Shown piece after piece: positions 1 to 8,275 of a stretch of 50,532 nucleotides of DNA (position 1 is its first letter; each line of letters starts with the position of its first letter). The position numbers and the translations under genes were made by a program. The DNA comes from an uncultured archaeon. GTDB lineage: Archaea; Asgardarchaeota; Lokiarchaeia; Sigyniarchaeales; SOKP01. The notes beneath the pieces were generated by a model, which saw only the letters and a program-made list of their open reading frames with translations, did not search any database and was not told the DNA's origin. The stretch lies in NCBI GenBank assembly GCA_964525635.1, contig CAZGJX010000014.1, positions 1 through 50,532 on the forward strand, written 5' to 3'.

Positions 1-313
1 TCTCAATAAACATTTTACTGACAAATCTCATATAACCAACTAAAATTATCAATTCACATTCACAATCCTTCAAAATTTCAATCATTTTTTGATCAAATTC
101 CTCTCTAGTTCCCTCATATATGTCAGATTCAATCAAGACATAAGGAATCCCGTGATTTTCAGCTCTTTTCATACAATAAGCTCCCGCTTTATTGCAAATC
201 AATACTTTAACTTCTGCTTTCTCTTTTAAAATACCTGATTTTGTTTCTTCTATGATAGCTTCGAAATTACTCCCTGAACCACTAGCTATTGCTCCAATAT
301 TTATTTTACTCAT
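1..313 (-). CDS. purN: Phosphoribosylglycinamide formyltransferase (5' part; runs off the window start)
   Basis: Not in the ORF track. Manual translation from ATG at 313 gives MSKINIGAIASGSGSNFEAII...VLICNKAGAYCMKRAENHGIP...REEFDQKMIEILKDCECELIILVGYMRFVS, containing the PurN ASGxGSN motif and an LxGYMR motif. Confidence 0.93.
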   Translation of the reverse strand, partial: MSKINIGAIASGSGSNFEAIIEETKSGILKEKAEVKVLICNKAGAYCMKRAENHGIPYVLIESDIYEGTREEFDQKMIEILKDCECELIILVGYMRFVSKMFIE

Positions 314-376
314 ATTTTTATTTATATTTTGCATATAAAAAATCTATCTGAATTTGGATTTTTTTTATTCTTTTTC

Positions 377-853
377 TTAATTTGTCATAATATTATAATT
401 AGATCGTTTACCAGTAAAAGAATCAATTATGACTTTAATGATTGAAACTTTTTCAACCATATCATCTGAATATTTCCATGACGCTTTATTCGAATATTTT
501 TTCATAAGAATATTAAGAACCTTTTTTTTTTCTTGAAAATCTTCAATGAAATTTGCAGTTCCCTGTCCAATTACACTATCATATTTCATAGTCCAGTTAC
601 ATGGAATCTCGGATGGATGTAATTCCTGATTAAGATCGATTTCAAAACATACATTATTATTTTTTTTTAAAATTTCGATTTTTTTTCCCTTACTTGAAGA
701 ATGCAGATATATATTATTATTCTTGTAAGCATAATTCATGGGAACTATATATGGGATATTGTTATCTGAAAATGCTATTCTGCAGACAATTGCTTTCTTT
801 ATTAGAGATTCTATTATAGTATGATCTGTTATTTCTTTATCTCTTCTTCTCAT
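377..853 (-). CDS. Pyridoxamine 5'-phosphate oxidase-like / NimA-family flavin-binding protein
   Basis: MRRRDKEI N-terminus, PYIVPMNY, HSSSKGKKIEILKKNNNVCFEID, YDSVIGQG, FTGKRS. Confidence 0.88.
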   Translation of the reverse strand: MRRRDKEITDHTIIESLIKKAIVCRIAFSDNNIPYIVPMNYAYKNNNIYLHSSSKGKKIEILKKNNNVCFEIDLNQELHPSEIPCNWTMKYDSVIGQGTANFIEDFQEKKKVLNILMKKYSNKASWKYSDDMVEKVSIIKVIIDSFTGKRSNYNIMTN

Positions 854-963
854 GATAATATCTTTTATTCTTAATCTATTTTATTAAATTTGTTTAGACA
901 ATAAATATGGTATAAATTATATGTTGAAATAGTATATTTTATTGAATGATAATAATCAAAAGG

Positions 964-973
964 TTTTTATAAT
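964..973 (+). promoter_or_regulatory. Probable TATA box upstream of the long aCPSF1 leader
   Basis: TTTTTATAAT preceded by purine-rich CAAAAGG (BRE-like), about 20-25 nt before a strong hairpin at 990-1030. Confidence 0.4.
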
Positions 974-1288
974 AAAATTCCTTTCTAAATTGTAGAACTT
1001 GGGAAATTTTAAATTATTCCAATCTAACAAAATAATTTTTATATATTTAATATATTGTAGAGCTAATTGATCTCTATTTACTGAGACAATTACCTCAAAT
1101 ATAACTAATAAGATTATTAATCAAAAATATCGTTTTCAATTATTATTTTATTTAATCAAACTAAATAATTAATAAATAATTGAAATAAATAAATCTGGTA
1201 AATATAAAAGAGAAAATCGATTGATTTTAAACAACGATTTAATAGTAAAGAAACTTTAAATTTTTAAATATTAATTAGGCGTGTTTTA

Positions 1289-3211
1289 ATGAGTTTTGAA
1301 CGTGAATTAAAAAAAATAAGAGAAGAAATACGAGAATATCTTCCTGAACATATTCAAATTCAAAAGATAGAATTTGAAGGTCCTGAGGTGGCTGTGTATT
1401 CTGCAGGTAATTCTGGAGATATAGATTCTGATCTAGTCCAACAATCTAATAGTTTAAAAGAACTTGCAAAAAAGATGAGAAAGAGGGTAGTAATTCGATG
1501 GAATGTTGATAAAAGGAAGGATCCCGCTGAAACAGAGGCTTACATTAAAAACTTAGTAGGAGAAGATGCGGAAATATCCAGTATAGAATTTGATCATACC
1601 CGGGGAGAAGTAATAATTGAATCTGGGAAACCAGGTATTGTAATAGGAAAAAAAGGAGTGAATCTAAAGGAAATCAGATCAAATACTTTTTGGCAACCAA
1701 AAACAATAAGAACCCCTCCCCTAGCTTCAAGAACAATTCAATTAATTCGTGGTATGCTGTCAAAAGAAAGACAGACACAGAAAGATATTCTTCTCCGAAT
1801 TGGAAAAAGAATACATCGACCTACTTTATATAAAGAACTTACAATCAGAATGACTTCTCTTGGGGGATTTCGCGAAGTTGGGCGTTCTGCTATTTTAATG
1901 CAGACAAGAGATAGTAATGTTCTTCTAGATTGTGGATTAAATGTTGGAAATCCAAATGATAGATTTCCATTCTTTGATGTCCCTGAGTTTAATATTCGAG
2001 ATCTTGATGCTGTAATTATCTCACATGCTCATCTAGATCATTGTGGAATGGTACCATTTCTCTTCAAATATGGTTATCGAGGACCCGTTTATTGTACACT
2101 TCCAACTCGTAACTTATCAACAATGTTACAACTTGATTTTGTTCAAATCTGTGAAAGAGAAGGTAAAACACCTCCATATTCTAAAAAAGATGTAAAAACT
2201 ACAGTATTACATACAATACCCTTATCATGGGGAAAAGTTACAGATATAGCACCAGATATTAAATTAACCTTACACAATTCTGGACATATTTTAGGTTCTT
2301 CGCAAATACATCTTCATTTTGGAAAAGGAGGTTATAATTTTGTTTACACTGGAGATATGAAATTCCAGAAAACTAGGTTATTAGAAAGAGCTAATGTGAA
2401 ATTTCCAAGAGTTGAAAGTTTATTGATAGAATCAACTTATGGTGGACCACAAGATCGAATTCCCAGTCGGCAAGAATCCGAAAGAGAATTAAGACAGATT
2501 TTAAATAGCACTATTCAAAAAGGAGGCAAAATTTTAATTCCAGTCTTAGCCGTTGGAAGAGCACAAGAACTTATCATTGTCATTGAGGAGTTTATTTCTA
2601 AAGGAATGATTGAACGTGTTCCTATATTTCTGGATGGTTTAATTTCTGAAGCAACTGCTATTCATACTGCTAATCCCGATTTTTTAAGTAGTGATTTACG
2701 TGAAAAAATATTACATCAAGGAAAGAATCCATTTTTAAGTGATTTATTTACTACAATCAATACTCATGAAGAACGATTAGATGTATTAACAGGAGGACCT
2801 TGCATTATATTAGCTACAAGCGGAATGTTGATAGGTGGACCCTCGGTGCAATATCTCAAAGGTTTGGCGGACGATAAGGACAGCGCATTAATATTTGTCT
2901 CATACCAAGTTCAAGGGACACTAGGTAGCAGGATTCAGAAAGGATTTAGGGAATTTCAATACGCAGACAATAAAGGTCGCACACAACTCGTAAGGATAAA
3001 TTTGAATATATTCACTTTAGAAGGATTTAGCGGACACTCATCGCGTAGTCAAATCTCTCAGTTTTTACGTAAAATACAACCCAGACCAAAAGTGATTATA
3101 ACCAATCACGGCGAGGAAAGCAAATGTATTAGCCTCTCAACTATGATCCATAAGAAAATCAAGAAATCGACGAAAAGTCCAAAGAATCAAGAAACCCTTT
3201 TATTGAGATAA
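1289..3211 (+). CDS. fttA: aCPSF1/FttA KH-domain beta-CASP ribonuclease (archaeal transcription termination factor)
   Basis: N-terminal KH domains (IEFEGPE; KPGIVIGKKG), LGGFREVGRS, metallo-beta-lactamase SHAHLDH, GHILGS, YTGD, ESTYG, GFSGHS and NHGE motifs; 640 aa. Confidence 0.97.
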   Translation: MSFERELKKIREEIREYLPEHIQIQKIEFEGPEVAVYSAGNSGDIDSDLVQQSNSLKELAKKMRKRVVIRWNVDKRKDPAETEAYIKNLVGEDAEISSIEFDHTRGEVIIESGKPGIVIGKKGVNLKEIRSNTFWQPKTIRTPPLASRTIQLIRGMLSKERQTQKDILLRIGKRIHRPTLYKELTIRMTSLGGFREVGRSAILMQTRDSNVLLDCGLNVGNPNDRFPFFDVPEFNIRDLDAVIISHAHLDHCGMVPFLFKYGYRGPVYCTLPTRNLSTMLQLDFVQICEREGKTPPYSKKDVKTTVLHTIPLSWGKVTDIAPDIKLTLHNSGHILGSSQIHLHFGKGGYNFVYTGDMKFQKTRLLERANVKFPRVESLLIESTYGGPQDRIPSRQESERELRQILNSTIQKGGKILIPVLAVGRAQELIIVIEEFISKGMIERVPIFLDGLISEATAIHTANPDFLSSDLREKILHQGKNPFLSDLFTTINTHEERLDVLTGGPCIILATSGMLIGGPSVQYLKGLADDKDSALIFVSYQVQGTLGSRIQKGFREFQYADNKGRTQLVRINLNIFTLEGFSGHSSRSQISQFLRKIQPRPKVIITNHGEESKCISLSTMIHKKIKKSTKSPKNQETLLLR

Positions 3212-3466
3212 ATATTAGTGGAAGAAACCCTATTATTTATTTTCTTCTCGAAAAAATTGCTAACTTATTTATAAGATTAGATTAGCTTAATTAAGGTAAT
3301 CAACATAATATTATTATTTTTAGTCTTAATCTTAATAATATACTCATAAACGAGACCTACAAGATTATAAGAAGACATTTGAATTTGCAGTGCAGTGTTT
3401 AAAAGTAGAACTGAAAAATGAAATAAAAAAAAGTATCATAACGAAATTAAAAAGGATTTAATAAGG

Positions 3467-4096
3467 TCATGGAAACGTAGTAATTTCAATTTTATTATTT
3501 TCCAACATCTCTTTTATTTCTTGTCTTTGTGTGTCTGTGAATTTATTTAAATCTTTTTTATCTAAATATAATTTTTTAAGAGATGTTAAGTTTTTCATTG
3601 AGTTTGGGATCTTTTTTAAATTAATATCACCTAAATGAAGTTCCCTAAGTGAAGTTAGATATTTTATTACTTTTGGTAGCTTTATAAAATTATTACTATT
3701 TATAAATAATATTTGAAGTGAAGATAAGTATTTCATTGAGTCTGGGAGTTCTATTAAATTATTATTTCCTAAGTAAAGACCATAAAGTGATTCTAAACTT
3801 CCTATAGTTTCTGGAAGTTTTATTAATTGATTCCAATTCAGACCAAGTTTTTCGAGTGATATTAAATTTCCTATAGTATCTGGAAGCTCTTTTAATCTAT
3901 TTTCTGATAAGTTAAGTCTTTTAAGAGAAGTTAAATTTCCTATAGCTTTAGGAAGCTCCTTTAATTCATTCTCAGATAGATTAAGTTCTTGGAGAGAATT
4001 TAAATATCTTATAGCTTCTGGAAATTCCGTTAGCTCTGATATGGATAAATTAAGTTTATATATCTTAGAACCGATAATGAACAGAAGGATTCGAAC
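3467..4096 (-). pseudogene. Leucine-rich repeat protein, 5'-truncated or non-ATG start (about 7 x 23-aa LRR)
   Basis: The frame stays open from 4096 (after a TAA at 4097-4099) to the stop at 3467. It encodes LTEFPEAIRYLNSLQELNLSENE / LKELPKAIGNLTSLKRLNLSENR / LKELPDTIGNLISLEKLGLNWNQ etc. The first ATG (3736) lies in mid-array. Confidence 0.75.
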
Positions 4097-4257
4097 TTAT
4101 TGTTTTGTAAGTGGGGATATAAAAATGATATAATTCTTTTTATAAAACTTGGATTTTGGAAAACAAAATGATTTAAAAAACAAATCTAATATATTTCTAT
4201 TATAAATTTATATAGAATATTTTTAAAAAATAAAATAAACTGATTAGTAGGGATACA

Positions 4258-5007
4258 ATGATATATTATAACTTTGAACCTTTTGAATTTATTGAGGGTT
4301 TTTTAAGTCTAATTTGGGTAATTTTTGCAACAATTATTGGATTTATGATCATTTTAAAAACTAGAAAAAAACAATATCTTACTGTTGGGATTTTCTGGAT
4401 CTTTATGTGTGGTGGCTGGTGGGCTTCCAGCGTTCAATTTATTACAATCATTGCAATGGATTATCGATTGCCCGATCCTTTATATTTAATGCTAACAATG
4501 TTGGCTATTCCATGGGGAGTCATTTGCTGGTTAATATCTTTTGGGAATTTCGCTTATCCAGATTACAAAAAAAAACTTGTTTATATAAACCTAATTATTA
4601 TCATTATTTATCAGAGTCTATTTTTAATATTTACTTTTACGATTACAGAATGGGTTGGAACAAGAGATCCGCTAACACTTTTTAACACGAAATTTTCTTA
4701 CTTTTCTTTATTTTTCATTATTTATGGAATGGTTTTGATACTAATCACAGGGGCGATTTTCTCTATAAAATCAATGAAGATGGATGATAAAAAAATCCAA
4801 TGGAAGGGACGATTTCTATTAATAGCCTTCATTTTATATTCAATTGGGGCCGTTTTTGATGCAGCTATTAATCCTTCAGACCCAAATATTAGCACATTAG
4901 TTATATTTTTAACTAGAATTGCTTTAGTTATAAGTGGAATTTTGTTTTATTTCGCATTTTTCTTACCAGAACGCGTAGCAAATTGGTTAATAAAATGTAA
5001 CAAATAA
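4258..5007 (+). CDS. Seven-transmembrane membrane protein (Lokiarchaeal 7TM / HisKA_7TM-like, stand-alone)
   Basis: About 7 hydrophobic segments, a KIQWKGRFLLIAF motif and a C-terminal YFAFFLP. Confidence 0.75.
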   Translation: MIYYNFEPFEFIEGFLSLIWVIFATIIGFMIILKTRKKQYLTVGIFWIFMCGGWWASSVQFITIIAMDYRLPDPLYLMLTMLAIPWGVICWLISFGNFAYPDYKKKLVYINLIIIIIYQSLFLIFTFTITEWVGTRDPLTLFNTKFSYFSLFFIIYGMVLILITGAIFSIKSMKMDDKKIQWKGRFLLIAFILYSIGAVFDAAINPSDPNISTLVIFLTRIALVISGILFYFAFFLPERVANWLIKCNK

Positions 5008-5012
5008 ATTCC

Positions 5013-5027
5013 TTTTTTTTTTTTTTT
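5013..5027 (+). terminator. Oligo(T) archaeal terminator
   Basis: Long T run immediately after the stop codon at 5007. Confidence 0.55.
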
Positions 5028-5199
5028 AATCTTTATTCATAACCATTAGTTAAATGGATAATTAATATACTTTTAAGGACTTAAATTAAATCATTGGTAA
5101 AAATAATAATCCTTTTTTTGAAAATAATATTTTAAAATAATACCTTTTTTGAAAAAATAATTTTTTTAAAAAGCTATTATTACAATACTTATAATTTAA

Positions 5200-6168
5200 T
5201 TGGAAATTTGGTATTTTATGGTGCACTTAAGTTTAAAAAATTTTAAAATAAAGGATCACTATATCACGATAATCCGACGTATTGTTCAAATTACAGCATT
5301 TCTCTTAATTAATTATATAATTATCCAACAGATATTTTTAATAAATTTTACTAGTCTTGAGGGATATGCAAGCTTTTTACCTATTCTGCAAACACCAAGA
5401 AGTGGTCTTTCTAACGAAACTGGAATTGTTGAGCTTATTTTTTTTCATATTGTTCAAGGAACTTTTCCTTTCTTATTAATAGGTATTTTTATTCTAATAA
5501 TATTATTTGCAAATCGCTCTTTTTGTGGATGGATTTGCCCTATTGGTACAATACAAGATTTATTAACAGCACTACCTATTAAGACGAAAAGATTTAAAGA
5601 CAAAACACATAAAAGTTTATTAAAACTCAAGTTTTTTATAGTAATCCTAATAATTTTAGTGGTTGTACCACTAGGGATTACGATTGGGAGTAATATTCAA
5701 TTTTACAATAACTATAAAGAGAATATTGTTTATATAGCAGAAGAACCAATTGGTTTCTTTTCATTATCAGAATATTTATTTGTTACCTTTCCTAACATGG
5801 CACAAAGTATTTGGGAATCTGGTGGACTTGATCCTCTTTTTAGTAGTTTTTGGATGGGAATGTCTTTCTTATTTTATTTGATAATAATAATTCTTTCATT
5901 ATGGTATCCTCGATTTTATTGTAGATACTTATGTCCAGTTGGTGCAGTTTGTGGGACAATTAGTGATCATTCTTTCTTAAAGATCTCTAGGAGTCCAGTA
6001 AAATGTGTCGGAAGACAAGAATGTGGAATATGTGAAAAAGTTTGTCCAAAACAAATAAGGATTTTAGATGAACCTTTTGAATTTTTTTCAGGAGAAGGAG
6101 AATGTAATTTATGTCTAAAATGTATGGAAAAATGTCCTTATAAAGCAATTATGTTAAATTTTGGATAA
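5200..6168 (+). CDS. Membrane polyferredoxin (NapH/MauN/4Fe-4S binding family); true start possibly ATG 5218
   Basis: FCGWICPIG and FYCRYLCPVG motifs, TM helices, and two C-terminal 4Fe-4S motifs (C..CGICEKVCP; CNLCLKCMEKCP). Confidence 0.9.
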   Translation: MEIWYFMVHLSLKNFKIKDHYITIIRRIVQITAFLLINYIIIQQIFLINFTSLEGYASFLPILQTPRSGLSNETGIVELIFFHIVQGTFPFLLIGIFILIILFANRSFCGWICPIGTIQDLLTALPIKTKRFKDKTHKSLLKLKFFIVILIILVVVPLGITIGSNIQFYNNYKENIVYIAEEPIGFFSLSEYLFVTFPNMAQSIWESGGLDPLFSSFWMGMSFLFYLIIIILSLWYPRFYCRYLCPVGAVCGTISDHSFLKISRSPVKCVGRQECGICEKVCPKQIRILDEPFEFFSGEGECNLCLKCMEKCPYKAIMLNFG

Positions 6169-6302
6169 TATCCTTAATATATTTTTTTACTCTCTTTATT
6201 TATTTTCTTTCTTAAATAAACTTTTGTTTAAATTCTTTTATTTAAGATTTAGTTTTAAAAAAAAGCTAAAAATAACGTGAAGATATTAATTTTATTAAAA
6301 GT

Positions 6303-6432
6303 TGGTGGATGTAGAGGAGGATAGTAATTATTTTCTTTCAGTTTTGGGGTTTTTTTTTTCAGTCACGGGGTTTTAAAGAATTAATTTTTTACTGAAATGA
6401 ATATCCTCTATTCTTTTTGACAACATCCACCA
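6303..6432. ncRNA. Putative structured non-coding RNA/element (unknown family)
   Basis: Perfect 10-bp terminal inverted repeat TGGTGGATGT/ACATCCACCA, nested AGAGGA/TCCTCT and TTTCAGT/ACTGAAA pairings, and a TATA-like TTTTTAAG on the minus strand at 6462-6455. Confidence 0.45.
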
Positions 6433-6665
6433 TATAAATATATGATTATCTTGTCTTAAAAATGTATCTATCAAAAAAAAAAATATACTAATAGTCCTTT
6501 ATTATTATTTAATTGTTTAGAGAGCTAACCTCTGCTTTTTTTCTTATTGCAATGATTACGTTTATTAAGGAAACTTATTTTTTTTAATATTTGATTAGAT
6601 TGATTTTAGCTAATAATATAATTATATTATTTCTAACAAGTAATTTATTGCTTTAAATTTGTGAT

Positions 6666-7148
6666 TTAGGGTAAATCTCCTAATATCTTCTTTATTTCTT
6701 GATATTCAAATTCAATTTGATTATAAATTTTATTTTTCCTGATTTCATTATTAATTAATTCTTCTAGATTTTTAAACTTTAAATTAACATCCAGATTATT
6801 AGAGTTTATGGAAATAAGTTTTTCAAAATCATAAAAAGGAACTCCTAATCGAGTATACATAAATCTTGCATCATCATAATTCTTTTCAAGAAGAATTGAA
6901 CATATCATTTCTCGAATTTCTGGAGATGTTAATACTTTTATTTTATACGCAATAACTCTTCTTGTTAATTCAATTGCGACTTCATTTGCCTGTTCTGGAT
7001 TTAATCTTGTTTCGTCGATTAAGCTCTCTACAATTCTTAGCGGATTAAACGTTTCTGAAGTATTTTTTGAAGTTTTAACTTTAGGTAATAAATCATACAT
7101 TATTAATTCAATAATTTTATTGTAATAGAATTCAATAATTGTTTTCAC
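6666..7148 (-). CDS. Stand-alone ATP-cone domain protein (resembles the N-terminus of archaeal NrdD); start may be ATG 7100
   Basis: KVKTSKNTSETFNPLRIVESLIDET...LTSPEIREMICSILLE...YTRLGVPFYD matches an ATP-cone followed by an NrdD-like RLG(L/V)PxYD segment; no catalytic domain. Confidence 0.8.
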   Translation of the reverse strand: MKTIIEFYYNKIIELIMYDLLPKVKTSKNTSETFNPLRIVESLIDETRLNPEQANEVAIELTRRVIAYKIKVLTSPEIREMICSILLEKNYDDARFMYTRLGVPFYDFEKLISINSNNLDVNLKFKNLEELINNEIRKNKIYNQIEFEYQEIKKILGDLP

Positions 7149-7462
7149 CTCTAAAATATACTTATTAACTCGAAAATATATATTCTAAAGGATTCTTCTA
7201 ATATTAAGACTGTTTATATCAAAATAATTATAATTTCAATAATAGAAACAATGATATCTAACTAATAAACAAATAGACACGATAAAATTTCTTAAATCTA
7301 CTTACTTTTTATCATTTTTTTTTTTAATAATGATGAAATATTTGAATAAAAAACTCTTTACAAAAAATAAGTTAACCAAGTATATCAAAATTTAATTAGA
7401 TAAAAATCCAAGTAATGTTTTTTAAGAAAAACACATTTAAAATATTAAAACAATTAAAAGAT

Positions 7463-7587
7463 AGCCCAGTAGTGTAGCGGTCAAAACATATTAATTGTGA
7501 CTAAGCATGTGAGGCTCTGAACCTTGCGACGGCGGTTCGAAACTTATAGTTATAATCAACTATATTGCGAATATCCGCCCTGGGCTA
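7463..7587 (+). tRNA. tRNA-Gln(CUG) with two BHB introns (7485-7504 at the D-loop/D-stem junction; 7542-7573 in the T-loop)
   Basis: The spliced product AGCCCAG-TA-GTGT-AGCGGTCAA-GCAT-G-TGAGG-CTCTGAA-CCTTG-CGAC-GGCGG-TTCGAAT-CCGCC-CTGGGCT-A folds as a cloverleaf. Anticodon CTG is at 7517-7519. The A1-U72 pair is typical of archaeal tRNA-Gln; no CCA is encoded. Confidence 0.95.
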
Positions 7588-7683
7588 TTTTATTCATATA
7601 ATATATCTTATTAAAAATCAAAAAAAAAAGAAATCAACCTTAAGAAATTCGATTTTTAGTGATAGAGAGATATTTTTAGTAAT

Positions 7684-8106
7684 TTAGTTGACAATTAAAT
7701 ATCTAAAATTTTTAATTTCATTGATACTATTAATCTCTACGACTAATTTATGAAAATCTTCTAAGTATCCCTCAAATACCATAAATATAGTTAAATTATT
7801 TTTATGAAAATATTGGTTTTTGCTCACTATATGTTCGTTAAATACAGATTCGACTTTATTAATTTTTTTCTGAACATTGAAATCATTTGGTATTACTATA
7901 ATCATATTCCCAACAATTCTTTTTGATATATCTAATTTCTCTGAATCAATATCTAAAGATGTTGTGTCCATGGTAGACATAAGCCTTAATAATGCATCTC
8001 TAATTAATTTAGACTTATTATCATATTGATTTTTTGAAAGCAGTTTATTAATAAATTTCTTAAGGCTCTCATTTATTGACAGGCTTATTATAGGAATAGA
8101 AATCAC
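7684..8106 (-). CDS. CopG/NikR-like ribbon-helix-helix transcriptional regulator
   Basis: N-terminal PIISLSINESLKKFINKL...YDNKSKLIRDAL RHH domain plus an ACT-like C-terminal domain. Confidence 0.8.
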   Translation of the reverse strand: MISIPIISLSINESLKKFINKLLSKNQYDNKSKLIRDALLRLMSTMDTTSLDIDSEKLDISKRIVGNMIIVIPNDFNVQKKINKVESVFNEHIVSKNQYFHKNNLTIFMVFEGYLEDFHKLVVEINSINEIKNFRYLIVN

Positions 8107-8275
8107 CTGAGTGATATAAATTAAATTTTATATTAATCTTATTATTAATTTTTAATATTTAAATATAATTAAAATATTAATTTTTATAAAATTTAAGATT
8201 TTGAAATCTCTAATTCTATTAAGAAATAAAATGAATCAATTGCTTAATATTTATGTCTAAATAATAATATAGAAT

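Noticed and set aside
3340-3461. Short open frame (LQDYKKTFEFAVQCLKVELKNEIKK...) after aCPSF1
   Set aside because: No start codon and too short to assign; possibly a gene remnant.
4079-4100. tRNA gene at GTTCGAATCC on the minus strand
   Set aside because: The T-stem does not pair and no acceptor, D or anticodon arms could be built; kept only as a weak remark.
6342-6374. T4G4 runs resembling ciliate telomeric repeats
   Set aside because: Only two separated copies at an internal position; treated as part of the structured element instead.
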